The position numbers and the translations under genes are program-made. From positions 11,255 through 75,254 of the forward strand of contig CAWDCR010000012.1 of assembly GCA_963800915.1 (NCBI GenBank): a stretch of 64,000 nucleotides of DNA, written 5' to 3'. This DNA is from an uncultured Gammaproteobacteria bacterium (lineage in GTDB: Bacteria; Pseudomonadota; Gammaproteobacteria; Steroidobacterales; Woeseiaceae). The notes under the pieces were generated by a model that ran no database searches, had not been told where the DNA came from, and worked only from the letters and a program-made list of their open reading frames with translations. Of the stretch, positions 49,791 to 60,494 are shown piece by piece (the stretch's first letter is position 1; every line of letters starts with the position of its first letter).

Positions 49791-52035
49791 ATGCGCATAG
49801 TTTCCATCATCTCATTATCCGTCGTTGCAGTCGCGTTGCACGGCTGCGGCAAAGCAGGCGAAGAAGCCGCCGCACGCGCACCCGCTGCGGCTGCAAAGAC
49901 GACCGTCATTCCCGCCAACATCGGCAAGACCGCAGATGCCCTGTTCGCCGACATTCCGGAACCGGATGCCGCGAACGATGCGGGCGATGTCCTGCTGTCG
50001 GCATACACAGGCCCCTACGACGGCGTGCCGCATTTCGACACGATGGACGTTGCCGGTTTGAAGCCTGCGCTGGAAGCGGGCATGGCGCGCAATCTCGCGG
50101 AAGTCGATGCGATCGCCAACAACCCGGAGCCGCCGACCTTTGCCAACACGATCATCGCGCTGGAGCGCACCGGCGAAGATCTCGGCAACGTCTTCACCTA
50201 CTGGGGCATCTGGAGCTCCAACCTGTCGTCGCCGGAGTTCCGCAGTATCCAGCAGGAAATGGCGCCGCAACTCTCGGCGTTCCGCTCGAAGATTACGCAG
50301 AACGACGCGCTCTTCCAGCGCGTGAAAAACGTTTACGAAAGCGACGAATACCAAACGCTGCCACCCCACGAACAGCGGCTGGTCTGGCTCACCTACGACA
50401 GCTTTGCCAGCAACGGCGCGACGCTCGAGGGCGCGGCGAAGGAGCGCTACGCAGAGATTAACCAGCGGCTCGCAGAGCTGCATACGAAATTCGGCAACAA
50501 CGTGCTGGCCGATGAAGAAGGTTACGTCACTTACATCACCGCGAAGCAGCTGGGCGGGTTGCCGGAGTCGTTCGTCAATGCCGCCAGGGCCGCCGCCGAA
50601 GAACGCGACCATCCGGGCGAATACGCGATTACCAACACGCGCTCCTCCATCGACCCGTTTCTGACCTTCTCCGATGAACGCGCGCTGCGCGAGCAAGTCT
50701 GGCGAACATATTACAACCGCGGCGACAACGGCGACGAATACGACAACAACGCGCTTATCGCCGAGATCATCAAGCTGCGCGACGAACGCGTCGCACTGCT
50801 CGGTTACGACAACTACGCGACGTGGCGTTTGCAAAACCGCATGGCGAAAACGCCCGAGCGCGCGCTCGGGCTGATGGAAGCCGTGTGGCCCGCCGCTGTC
50901 GCCCGGGTGCGCGAAGAAGTCGCCGACATGCAGAAAATTGCCGATGCCGAAGGCGCTGATCTGACGATCGAGCCCTGGGACTACCGCTACTACATGGAGA
51001 AGGTGCGCAAGGAACGCTACGACGCTCGACTCCGATGAAGTGAAGCAGTACCTGCAGCTCGACAAACTGCGCGAGGCGATGTTCTTCGTCGCGGGCGAGC
51101 TGTTCAATTTCCAGTTCGCGCCGGTGCCGGCAGGCTCGGTGCCGGTGTGGCACCCGGACGTGAAGGTCTGGGAAGTCACGGACAAGACTTCCGGCGAGCA
51201 CATCGGCCTCTGGTACCTCGACCCGTTCGCCCGGCCAGGCAAACGCTCGGGCGCCTGGGCGACCAGCTATCGCAGCTACGAGACCTACAACGGCGTGCAG
51301 AAGCCGCTGGTGTCGAACAATTCAAACTTCGTGAAGGGCGAGCCCGGCAAGCCGGTGCTGATTTCCTGGGACGACGCAACCACGTTCTTCCACGAGTTCG
51401 GGCATGCGCTGCACGGCCTGTCGTCGAACGTTGCCTATCCGACACTGAACGGCGGCGTGCGCGACTACACCGAGTTCCAGTCGCAACTGCTCGAGCACTG
51501 GCTGATGACGGACGAGGTCATCAACAACTACCTTGTGCACTACGAAACGGGCGAGCCAATGCCCGCGGTACTGGTAGAGAAGATCAAGGATGCGGCAACC
51601 TTCAAGCAGGGCTTCGATACGACGGAGTACCTTGCATCGGCACTCGTCGACATGCGCTATCACACGATCGATCCGGAAGGTCTCGATCCCGATTCGTTCG
51701 AGAACGCAACGCTTGCCGATCTCGGCATGCCGAAGGAGCTCGTGATGCGGCATCGCAGCCCGCACTTCGGTCACATCTTCTCGGGCGAAGGCTATTCAAC
51801 CGGCTACTACGGCTACCTGTGGGCAGACGTCCTGACCGCCGATGCAGCGGAAGCCTTCAGCGAGGCGCCGGGCGGCTTCTACGACAAAGAGGTCGCGAAA
51901 CGACTGGTCGATAACCTGTTCTCGGTGCGCAACGCCGTTGACCCGGCTGACGCGTATCGCGCCTTCCGCGGTCGCGATGCCGAGATCGGTGCGCTGATGC
52001 GTGATCGCGGTTTTCCCGAGCCGAAAAAGCAGTAG
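49791..52035 (+). CDS. dcp: M3 metallopeptidase (peptidyl-dipeptidase Dcp-like lipoprotein); +1 frameshift at ~51024
   Basis: Lipobox LHGC; EPWDYRYY; GKRSGAW; FHEFGHALH; HFGHIFSG.GYS. Deleting G51024 gives YDLDSDEVKQY. Confidence 0.88.
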
Positions 52036-52205
52036 CGAAACGAGAGGTTCCACGCTCCGGCGTCTGCACCCAGGGGTGCGACGCCGGAGCGGGTCGTGAT
52101 TGAAGCCGCGGCGCAGCCCGCGAGCTGCCTATTCTATAACTCTGACGGCAAGCGGGCCTCGCGCGGCCCGCACCTTCAGTCACGCAGCGACCGATATTCC
52201 CGTCA

Positions 52206-53429
52206 CTATTCGTTGATCGCAAACGGTATGCGCTTTACCGCGAGTATGCCGTTGCTCATGACGAGCAACACGTCGTGCAACACCGTCACGTCTTCGAGCG
52301 GATTGCCGGGCACCAGTATCAGGTCGGCTTCATAACCCGCCGCTATCCGGCCGGTGCGATCAGCAATACCGAGCAACTCTGCCGAACTGGTGGTCGCGGC
52401 CTGCAGTGCCTCGTACGGGGTGAAGCCAAGCTCAACAAATCGTTCAACCTCGAAAGAAATGCGATTGATGGACTCGAGCTGATAAGAACTGTCGGCGCCG
52501 GTGGCCACGCGCACACCAAGTTTATGCGCCATGCGAATCGCGTTCTCGAGATTCGGCACCATGTGATGGCCGCGCAGGCGCAGTACGTAGTCGTATTTCT
52601 CTTCGTTCATCTCGTGCATCGTGATCCAGGTCGGTACGAACCAGGTGCCGCGCTCCTTCATCAGTTTCAGCGTGTCGTCCGACAGGTAGGTGCCGTGCTC
52701 GATGCTGCGGGCACCGGCCAGCACTGCTGCCCGCGCACCTTCGTCGCCGTGCGCGTGCACCAGCACGGGGAGCTTGTGCTTCGCCGCTTCTTCGACGACG
52801 ACACGCAACTGCCGCTCGGTGTAGGTCTGCTGGCGCGGGTCGGTGTCGGGCAAGCCGGCGCGCTCCGTGCCGCGGGTCTTGATGACGTCGACACCGCGGC
52901 TGGCATTGATGTTAACGAGCAGGCGCAGCTCGTCGTCCGTGTTCACGCCATCGGCGAGTTCAACGAGCCGCGGGTCGGCCAGCACCGTGTCGCCGAGGTT
53001 CGGCGTTACGTAGACGCCGGCGGCCAGCATGTCCGGCCCTGCAATCTTGCCGGCACGCACCAGCTCGCGAAACGTGACGTCCTGGAAAGCGTCCACGCTT
53101 GCCGAGCGCACGGTCGTTACGCCGGACGCGAGTGCGCGCTCCGCTGCGCCGCGGTTATCGATGTGCGTGTGCACGTCGAACAGGCCGGGCATCAGGTAAT
53201 TACCGCCGCCATCGATGCGTTCATAGCCCGCGGGCACGCTGGTACCTGCATCACCAATCTGCTCGATCTTGCCGTCAGCGACCAGCACCACCGAGTTGCG
53301 GCGAATGGATTTGCTGACACCGTCAAAGACGTTGACGTTGACCAATGCAAATTTGTCCTGTGCGAAGGACAGCATCGGCATGCAGCTCAGCAATAGCAGG
53401 ACAAACGTCAATTCAAATCGTGATCTCAT
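52206..53429 (-). CDS. Secreted metal-dependent amidohydrolase (prolidase-like)
   Basis: PGLFDVHTH, GVDVIK, VHAHG, SIEHG, TGAD, GYEADL. Confidence 0.88.
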   Translation of the reverse strand: MRSRFELTFVLLLLSCMPMLSFAQDKFALVNVNVFDGVSKSIRRNSVVLVADGKIEQIGDAGTSVPAGYERIDGGGNYLMPGLFDVHTHIDNRGAAERALASGVTTVRSASVDAFQDVTFRELVRAGKIAGPDMLAAGVYVTPNLGDTVLADPRLVELADGVNTDDELRLLVNINASRGVDVIKTRGTERAGLPDTDPRQQTYTERQLRVVVEEAAKHKLPVLVHAHGDEGARAAVLAGARSIEHGTYLSDDTLKLMKERGTWFVPTWITMHEMNEEKYDYVLRLRGHHMVPNLENAIRMAHKLGVRVATGADSSYQLESINRISFEVERFVELGFTPYEALQAATTSSAELLGIADRTGRIAAGYEADLILVPGNPLEDVTVLHDVLLVMSNGILAVKRIPFAINE

Positions 53430-53629
53430 TCTGTTCCCCGGTGCGAGTCTGTACATCATTAGTGGAGTTTCGCCGTGCCACGCCGGCTGCGCCTAGTGTG
53501 CCGTATTTGCGGACGGGCAACAGCATCTAATAAGGTAGACTATCGACTCCGCGTTCGCGACGCTCTGTGTGCCGGCAGAGCTGTTGGTGTGGACGCGTTG
53601 CACCAGGAGAGCGTTCCCCGTCTGTTGCC

Positions 53630-54088
53630 ATGGAAACCAGCAAGTCAAACTACTCGTTTCTCACTGATGCCAGCGTGCCGAAATTCGTCCCGCCAACCCA
53701 TTTTACGGTCATGGATGCCACCTGCGGATTTTGCGCGAAGGGTGCTGCGTGGATTGCCGGCAACGATCAGGCTCGCAAATTCCGCATTATCCCGATGCAA
53801 TCCGAACTTGGCTCAGCCTTGATGCGGCATTACGGGCTGGACCCCGCAGACCCGTCGTCGTGGCTGTATGTCCGCAAGGGTGAACCGTTCACCTCAATGG
53901 ACGCGGTCATCCGCGTTGGTCAGGATCTCGGCGGTATCTGGCGCGTGCTGGGCGCACTTAGAATTCTTCCCAATAAAGTGCTGGACGGACTGTACGGACT
54001 CATTGCGCGCAACCGGTATCGGCTCATGGGGCGTACGGACTTGTGCGAGGTGGCAGACCCCGAAGTACAGAAGCGGCTGCTCCGTTGA
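53630..54088 (+). CDS. DCC1/DUF393 thiol-disulphide oxidoreductase-like protein
   Basis: MDATCGFC (DxxCxxC); LYGLIARNRYRLMG. Confidence 0.88.
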   Translation: METSKSNYSFLTDASVPKFVPPTHFTVMDATCGFCAKGAAWIAGNDQARKFRIIPMQSELGSALMRHYGLDPADPSSWLYVRKGEPFTSMDAVIRVGQDLGGIWRVLGALRILPNKVLDGLYGLIARNRYRLMGRTDLCEVADPEVQKRLLR

Positions 54089-55797
54089 AGATACTGGTAC
54101 TCGGCGGCTACGGTGTTTTTGGCGGACGCCTCATCGATCTGGTTGCTGATGTCAATGCTTTCGAAATCCTCGTCTGCGGTCGTAGCGCAGATAAGGCAGA
54201 AGCGTTTTGCGCGCGCCGGCAATCGGGCGCTCGCCTCGTGCCTCTGCGACTCGATCGCTCTGACGTCGACCTGGCGCTGCAGCAGCAGCGGCCGGACGTG
54301 CTCGTCGATGCATCCGGTCCGTTCCAGGACTACGGAGATGATCGCTATTCCGTGGTCGAGTCCTGTATCCGGCAACGCGTCAACTACCTCGATTTCGCTG
54401 ACGGCTCAGAGTTCGTTTCTGGTATCGATCAATTCAACGAAGCGGCGCAACGGGCCGGGGTTTTCGTTCTCAGTGGCGTCAGCAGTTTTCCCGTGCTGAC
54501 AGCCGCCGTCATTGACGAGTTGCAGCACGGCATGGACATTCACAAAGTCACGGCCGGCATCGCGCCGTCGCCGTATGCGGGTGTTGGCATGAACGTCATG
54601 CGTGCGGTGCTGGGCTACGCAGGCGGGCCGGTCCGCCTTACGCGCGCTGGCAAGCTAACGGCAGTTGGCGGGCTGACCGAAAGCCTGCGCTACACGGTAT
54701 CGCCGCCAGGCTATTTGCCGTTGCGCAATCTGCGTTTTAGCCTGGTCGATGTTCCCGACCTGCGCGTCATCCCGCAGGTCTTTCCGCAGATACGCGATAT
54801 CTGGGTGGGCGCAGGCCCGGTGCCCGAATTCCTGCACCGCCTGCTGAACCTGATTGCAAAGATTCGCAGCGCTTGGTACCTGCCGTCGCTCGCGCCGTTT
54901 GCCGGTGTCTGTTACTGGGTCATCAATCACCTGCGGTACGGCGAACACCGCGGCGGCATGTTCGTCGAAGTTGAAGGCCAAGTAGCAGGCAAAGTCGACA
55001 GTGGTGAAACGGGCGAAGCGCACAGTGACCAGCAGCGGGGCTTCGAAAAACGATCGTGGCACCTGCTCGCCGAAGGCGATGATGGTCCCTACATTCCGTC
55101 AATGGCCATCGAGATCCTGCTGCGCAAGCTGGAGAATGGCGATGCGCCCGACGCCGGCGCGCGACCTGCGATCGCGACGCTCACGCTGCAGGATTACGAA
55201 AGGGTGTTCGCAGGGCGGCAAATCTATTCAGGCATACGCCGGCCACCCGCACCGCAGGACAACCTGTTCGCCGCCGTGCTGGGCGACAAGTTCGCTGCGC
55301 TTCCCAAGTCGGTACGCGAATTTCATGAAGTTACCGGTAGCTCTGAGTGGGTGGGTCCTGCGACCGTCACTGCGGCGAGCGGCCTGCTTGCGCGACTGAT
55401 TGCACGGTTGTTTCGTTTTCCAACGCGTACCCAGCAGACGTCTGTGCGTGTTCTTGTGCAACGCAGTGCGGAGCGTGAACACTGGACAAGATCATTCGGC
55501 ACCGCGGAGTTTCACAGTACCCTGACTGCGGGCAGCGGGCGCGAAGAGCAGCTGATCTGCGAAAAGATGGGTCTGGCCACGATTGCGCTCGCCATCGTGC
55601 TGGACGGCGAAAGCCTGCAGTTCCTGCCGCGCAGATGGCGCATAGGACCACTGCCATTGCCGCGCTTCCTGCTGCCAGGGGGCAACAGTTTCGAGCGGGA
55701 AGCCGACGGGCAATTCGTCTTCGACGTTAAACTCGAGTTACCCGTCATCGGCTTGTTGGTTGCGTATCAGGGTACGCTGGCGCGGGCGTCGGACTAA
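54085..55797 (+). CDS. Saccharopine-dehydrogenase-like NAD(P)-binding protein fused to DUF4166
   Basis: TTG overlaps upstream TGA; LVLGGYGVFG; DASGPFQ; C-terminal WTRSFG...GLLVAYQGTL. Confidence 0.82.
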   Translation: MKILVLGGYGVFGGRLIDLVADVNAFEILVCGRSADKAEAFCARRQSGARLVPLRLDRSDVDLALQQQRPDVLVDASGPFQDYGDDRYSVVESCIRQRVNYLDFADGSEFVSGIDQFNEAAQRAGVFVLSGVSSFPVLTAAVIDELQHGMDIHKVTAGIAPSPYAGVGMNVMRAVLGYAGGPVRLTRAGKLTAVGGLTESLRYTVSPPGYLPLRNLRFSLVDVPDLRVIPQVFPQIRDIWVGAGPVPEFLHRLLNLIAKIRSAWYLPSLAPFAGVCYWVINHLRYGEHRGGMFVEVEGQVAGKVDSGETGEAHSDQQRGFEKRSWHLLAEGDDGPYIPSMAIEILLRKLENGDAPDAGARPAIATLTLQDYERVFAGRQIYSGIRRPPAPQDNLFAAVLGDKFAALPKSVREFHEVTGSSEWVGPATVTAASGLLARLIARLFRFPTRTQQTSVRVLVQRSAEREHWTRSFGTAEFHSTLTAGSGREEQLICEKMGLATIALAIVLDGESLQFLPRRWRIGPLPLPRFLLPGGNSFEREADGQFVFDVKLELPVIGLLVAYQGTLARASD

Positions 55798-56834
55798 AAG
55801 CGGTCGATTACGGTTACGCCAACACCGGCGAACGCTTTCTCACTAACAAGCAGGTCAACGCCTTCCTGAAGGTCCACGCAGCGCCCGATAAGTCTCGCCG
55901 GGTTGAGCAGGCCGCGCGCGATTTCATCGAGCATTTGCGGGTAGACGTGTGCCTGCAGGCCGTGGCTGCCGCGGATCTCGATTTCCTGGCGCAGCACGCG
56001 GGCCATCGGCACCGGCGGTTCGCCGTCGTCGCCGACGAGCAGGCCAACCTGCACGTGTCGCCCCAGCGGGCGCAGGCTGTCGATAGACGCGCGCATCTGC
56101 CGTGCGCCGCCAACCGCATCGATCGATGCGTGGGCGCCGCCGCCGGTGAGTTCGGCAACGGCGCTCGCCATGTCCTTCACGCGATCGGCGCGCAGCGTTG
56201 CGGCTGCACCGATTGACCGCGCGAACTCGAGTTTGCCATCGTCGATATCCACGGCGAGTACCTGCACGCCGCGCGCTGCGGCAATCATGACGGCCGACAA
56301 ACCCACACCGCCGCAGCCGTGCACTGCCAGCCACTCGCCTTCGACCGCGCGTGCCTGCGAAACGACCGCGCGATAGGCGGTAGCAAAGCGGCAGCCCAGG
56401 GCGGCGGCCGTGGTGAAGTCCAGCGCTTCGGGCAGCGCGACCAGGTTGGTATCCGCGTAACGCAAAGCGACGAACTCGGCGAAGGCGCCCCAGTGCGTGA
56501 AGCCAGGTTGCTGCTGATTCGGGCAGACCTGCTGGTTGCCGGCATTGCATTCGCGACAGGTCCCGCAGCCGCAGATGAACGGCGACGTGACGCGATCGCC
56601 GACCTGCCAGTGCTGCACGTCAGCTCCAACGGCGACGACAACGCCAGCGAGTTCATGGCCGGGCACGTGCGGCAAACGGATGTCCGCGTCATGGCCCATC
56701 CAGCCGTGCCAGTCGCTGCGGCAGACGCCGTTTGCTTTGACGCCGATTACCACGCCGTCTGCGGCGGGCACGGGGTCGTCCAGCGTCTCGATGGTGATCG
56801 GTCCCTGGAACTCTCGGAATATCGCGGCTTTCAT
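55794..56834 (-). CDS. Zinc-dependent alcohol dehydrogenase (MDR)
   Basis: [23 protein letters not shown]...C, GCGGVG. Confidence 0.92.
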   Translation of the reverse strand: MKAAIFREFQGPITIETLDDPVPAADGVVIGVKANGVCRSDWHGWMGHDADIRLPHVPGHELAGVVVAVGADVQHWQVGDRVTSPFICGCGTCRECNAGNQQVCPNQQQPGFTHWGAFAEFVALRYADTNLVALPEALDFTTAAALGCRFATAYRAVVSQARAVEGEWLAVHGCGGVGLSAVMIAAARGVQVLAVDIDDGKLEFARSIGAAATLRADRVKDMASAVAELTGGGAHASIDAVGGARQMRASIDSLRPLGRHVQVGLLVGDDGEPPVPMARVLRQEIEIRGSHGLQAHVYPQMLDEIARGLLNPARLIGRCVDLQEGVDLLVSEKAFAGVGVTVIDRF

Positions 56835-57076
56835 GGCGGCAGCGTACGGCAAGCGCGTTTGTGCGTACAGGCAACGCCGGCTGCAGACAGTGGGGATGCA
56901 CTCGCGAATCGCCTCGGTCCCTGGGCGCCGGGTCACTACTTTTCTGCAGGCAGCCCGATAACTGCGTACACGCCGCAGCGCTGCTTTGCCGGTTGCGAAT
57001 AAGGGCAGGCAGAGTATTCTTCTGCCTTTCGCGATAGCCGGCAGCAAACGGCCGCGACCTGCAGCGGAGTTAAGCG

Positions 57077-57964
57077 GTGGCTTTTACCGACAGTCTGAAA
57101 GCGCTATTCAATCGTAGCGTACGTAGCGCGCGCCGTCCGGAAAAGTGGCCGTTTATTCCAGGTCGTTACTACGTCGTTGACGACACGGCGCCCGTCATTG
57201 TCGTCATGCCGGACAACGACGCACTCGCAGATTCACTCGCCGCCTTGTCAGTGCAGGGCCTGTGCATGGTGAGTTCGGTCTGCCGCAGCGTGTCGGACGT
57301 GGAAAAACTGACGCGCAACGTTGAAGCAAACCTCTCAGTTCACTGTATTCTGCTGGCCGCCGGCGATAAAGGAAGGTCCTACCCGGCGCTGGACGCGTTG
57401 CGCTCACTGTTTGACGATGACGACGGCATCTCGGACAAGGCGCGCCAGGTTGCTCACGGCGTGCGCGGCAAACTGAAAGCGTTCGACTTCGCCGCGCTGC
57501 AGAAGCGCGTCAGCGTTGTCGACATGCTGGACTGTGTCGAAATCGACAAGATCATCGCGGGCGTCATCAAGCATGGCAGTGACGGACAACGGCCCGATGC
57601 CGGTTTCGTTGTGCAGGGCCACGACACAACGCTGGGCGTGCAGCGCGTTATTGCGCCAACGCGCATTTCGCACGAGTACCAGAATGACAAGGCCGGCAAA
57701 TTCATTATCGGCACAGACAAGAAATTCATCGTCGTCGAGCATTACAATTCGAAGGGCGAACTGCTGCGCCTGATCCAGGGGGCATCCGCCCGCGACCTTT
57801 GCATCATGCTGATTCGCAATGGCTGGGTCAGCCGCCTGGATCACGCCGCCTTCCTCGGTCGCGAGCTCGCGCTCGCAGAAATAGCGATCGCCAAGGGCAC
57901 GCCTTACCAGACCCAGGGCGAGCCCATCACCGAAGCGACAGCGATGCCCGCGGATTCCGATTAG
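57077..57964 (+). CDS. Degenerate MtrA-like domain fused to DUF4346
   Basis: WPFIPGRYYVVDDTAPVIV...VEKLTRNVEANLSVHCILL...RVSVVDMLD resembles MtrA; DKAGKFII...DHAAFLGRELALAE is the DUF4346 motif. Confidence 0.7.
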   Translation: MAFTDSLKALFNRSVRSARRPEKWPFIPGRYYVVDDTAPVIVVMPDNDALADSLAALSVQGLCMVSSVCRSVSDVEKLTRNVEANLSVHCILLAAGDKGRSYPALDALRSLFDDDDGISDKARQVAHGVRGKLKAFDFAALQKRVSVVDMLDCVEIDKIIAGVIKHGSDGQRPDAGFVVQGHDTTLGVQRVIAPTRISHEYQNDKAGKFIIGTDKKFIVVEHYNSKGELLRLIQGASARDLCIMLIRNGWVSRLDHAAFLGRELALAEIAIAKGTPYQTQGEPITEATAMPADSD

Positions 57965-60159
57965 TGGCGGCAACCGGCGAGGCACAGCTGAGGTCAAAGT
58001 TCGGCACGTTTGGCGGCGTATTCACGCCAAACGTGCTGACGATTCTCGGCGTCATCATGTTCCTGCGCTTTGGCCAGATTACCGGCCAGGCAGGCATTGT
58101 CCACGCCATTATTATTCTCGCCTGCGCGAAGGCGATCACCAGCCTGACCAGTTTCTCGCTGGCGGCGATTGCCACCAATACGCGCGTCAAGGGCGGCGGT
58201 GCGTACTACCTGATCAGCCGCAGCCTCGGCGTCGAGTTTGGCGGCGGCATCGCCTTCGTTTTCTACCTCGCGCAAAGCGTGTCGGTTGCGATGTACGTGA
58301 TCGGTTTCGCCGAAGCGTTTGTCGCGGCATATCCCGAACTCGGCTCGAACCAGCGGCTCATCGCCTCGGTCGCGAACGCGGCTGTCTTCGTCATGGTGAT
58401 CGTTGGCGCAGGCTGGGCAATCAAGGTTCAGTACGTCATCCTCGCGATACTCGCGGCGGCGCTGGCATCGTTTGCGCTCGGCGCCGGCTCCCTGTTTTCG
58501 CTGGAGCGCCTGGCTGACAACTTCGCGCCGGCGTACAGCGGCGGCGCCAGCGCGCTAACGATGTTCGCACTGTTCTTCCCGGCGGCCACCGGCATCATGG
58601 CCGGCGCGAACATGTCGGGCGATCTGCGCGACCCGGCAAAATCCCTGCCCGTTGGCACGTTTGCGGCGATCGGCGTCACCGCGCTGGTCTACCTCGGCCT
58701 TATCGTGCTGCTGGCAGGCGGTGTCGATCGGGCGCAACTGATTTCCAACAGCCTGATCATGAATGACGTCGCGGTCTGGCCTGCGCTGATCATCGCGGGC
58801 GTGTTCGCGGCGACGCTGTCGTCGGCGCTCGGCAGCATGCTGGGTGCGCCGCGCATCCTGCAGGCCTTCGCACGCGATCGCGTATTTAAATCGCTGAAGT
58901 TCTTCGGCCGTGGCAGCGGCGCCGGCGACGAACCCCGCAACGCCACGATACTCACGGCCGTCGTCAGCCAGGCCGCGATCATGCTCGGCGACCTGAACGC
59001 GATCGCGCCGATCATCACGATGTTCTTCATGGTGACCTACGGCACGCTCAATCTCGCGTGCTTCTACGAATACTATTCCGGCAACCCGAGTTTCCGGCCG
59101 CGCTTCAAACTCAGCAATCGCTGGCTGGCGCTCGCTGGCACGATCGGCTGCCTGGTCGCGATGCTGCTGATGGATCCGGTGTGGGCGATCGTCTCGCTCG
59201 TCGCCATGGCCGGGCTGTACTGGTCGATCCTGCGCATCGGTATCGAGGCGCGCTGGGGCGACGTGCACAGCGGCATGGCGTTTGAGCGCGCGCGGCTTGC
59301 GCTGCTGAAGCTCGAGAAAGAGCCGGTGCATGCAAAGAACTGGCGGCCGATTATTCTCGCACTGGGTGCCGCCAGCACGGGTCGCCGCAGGATTCTCGAG
59401 TTCGGGCAGTGGTTGACCGCGGGGCGCGGCGTATTGTCACTGGGGCAGGTGGTATCGGCAGGTTCCGAGGATCGTATCGAGCGTGGCGACAAGATTGAGC
59501 GCGTCATCCGCCAGACGATCACGGAAGAAGGTATCGAAGCGTTCCCGGCTGTCGTCGTGGACGATGACCTGCTCGACGGACTGAAGTCGCTGCTGCTGTG
59601 TCACGGCATCGGCGGCATACGACCGAACACCGTGTTGCTCGGCTGGACCAAAGACACCGAAGAAGTCGAACGCTTCTCGAATATTCTGCGCCTCAGCGAG
59701 CGCCTGCAACGCAACATCGTCGTCATCAAGTCCGAAGTCGAGGCCGAGGAATGGGAAGCACCGCAGGGTGAAATCCATATCTGGTGGCACGGTCGCCGCA
59801 ACGGGCCGTTGATGCTGTTGCTGGCACACCTGTTAACCCAGAACGACGAGTTCCGGCGCCGCAAGACGCGCCTGATTCACGTAATCCCCGAAGAGGCCGG
59901 CCGCGAACAGGCACGCGCGCACTTGTCAGAGATGGCAGAACGCGCCCGCATGGTGTTCGAACCGATGATCATCGTCTCTGAAAACGAACGCGAAGCGATG
60001 CTGAACCTGTCGCAGAATGCGGCCGTGATTTTCATGGGCTTTCATCCGCCGGCCAAGGGCGAACACATTCCATTCTTCCAGGATATCGAAGTGCTGACGG
60101 AAGGCTTGGCGGAAGTTGTGCTCGTCAGCAGCGCGCAGGGTGTCGATCTGGATGCCTGA
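57964..60159 (+). CDS. Cation-chloride cotransporter (SLC12-like APC permease)
   Basis: FGTFGGVFTP, GVIMFLR, GGGAYYLISRSLG, FFPAATGIMAG, PSFRPRF, KNWRP, IRPNTVLLG; GTG overlaps upstream TAG. Confidence 0.88.
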   Translation: MAATGEAQLRSKFGTFGGVFTPNVLTILGVIMFLRFGQITGQAGIVHAIIILACAKAITSLTSFSLAAIATNTRVKGGGAYYLISRSLGVEFGGGIAFVFYLAQSVSVAMYVIGFAEAFVAAYPELGSNQRLIASVANAAVFVMVIVGAGWAIKVQYVILAILAAALASFALGAGSLFSLERLADNFAPAYSGGASALTMFALFFPAATGIMAGANMSGDLRDPAKSLPVGTFAAIGVTALVYLGLIVLLAGGVDRAQLISNSLIMNDVAVWPALIIAGVFAATLSSALGSMLGAPRILQAFARDRVFKSLKFFGRGSGAGDEPRNATILTAVVSQAAIMLGDLNAIAPIITMFFMVTYGTLNLACFYEYYSGNPSFRPRFKLSNRWLALAGTIGCLVAMLLMDPVWAIVSLVAMAGLYWSILRIGIEARWGDVHSGMAFERARLALLKLEKEPVHAKNWRPIILALGAASTGRRRILEFGQWLTAGRGVLSLGQVVSAGSEDRIERGDKIERVIRQTITEEGIEAFPAVVVDDDLLDGLKSLLLCHGIGGIRPNTVLLGWTKDTEEVERFSNILRLSERLQRNIVVIKSEVEAEEWEAPQGEIHIWWHGRRNGPLMLLLAHLLTQNDEFRRRKTRLIHVIPEEAGREQARAHLSEMAERARMVFEPMIIVSENEREAMLNLSQNAAVIFMGFHPPAKGEHIPFFQDIEVLTEGLAEVVLVSSAQGVDLDA

Positions 60160-60402
60160 TTGCTGCGCTACTCGACACTGCCCTGCAAAGGTGCCGTAAA
60201 GCGGCAGCGGCACTCGGTCGGTGAACCGCTGGAAGGCGGCATGTTTGACCACTGGCAGGTACTCGCAGCAGACCAACCGAAGACCGGGACTTACCTTGCT
60301 AGCCGGGTCAAGAAACACATGCCGAATTACACGGGAATGCTGAATTTTGAAATGATCGACGGCGTCATTGTTGAGGCGCACAGGCGCTTCGCCGAACGAT
60401 AG
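60160..60402 (+). pseudogene. Probable internal fragment of a larger conserved hypothetical (ATP-grasp-like) protein
   Basis: GGMFDHW...YTGMLNFEMIDGVIVEAHRRF resembles, from memory, an internal segment of a larger family; no RBS. Confidence 0.4.
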
Positions 60403-60494
60403 CCCGGTACAGCATCGAAAGCGCGCAGATCACCTTTCACGAGGACCGGCCGCCGATGAGCTACTCGATGGCGCCAGGGAAACGCAATCGGAAA

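Noticed and set aside
57077-57964. Evidence of methanogenesis or archaeal contamination
   Set aside because: No other mtr genes; the cobamide His appears absent; composition and neighbours match the rest of the window.
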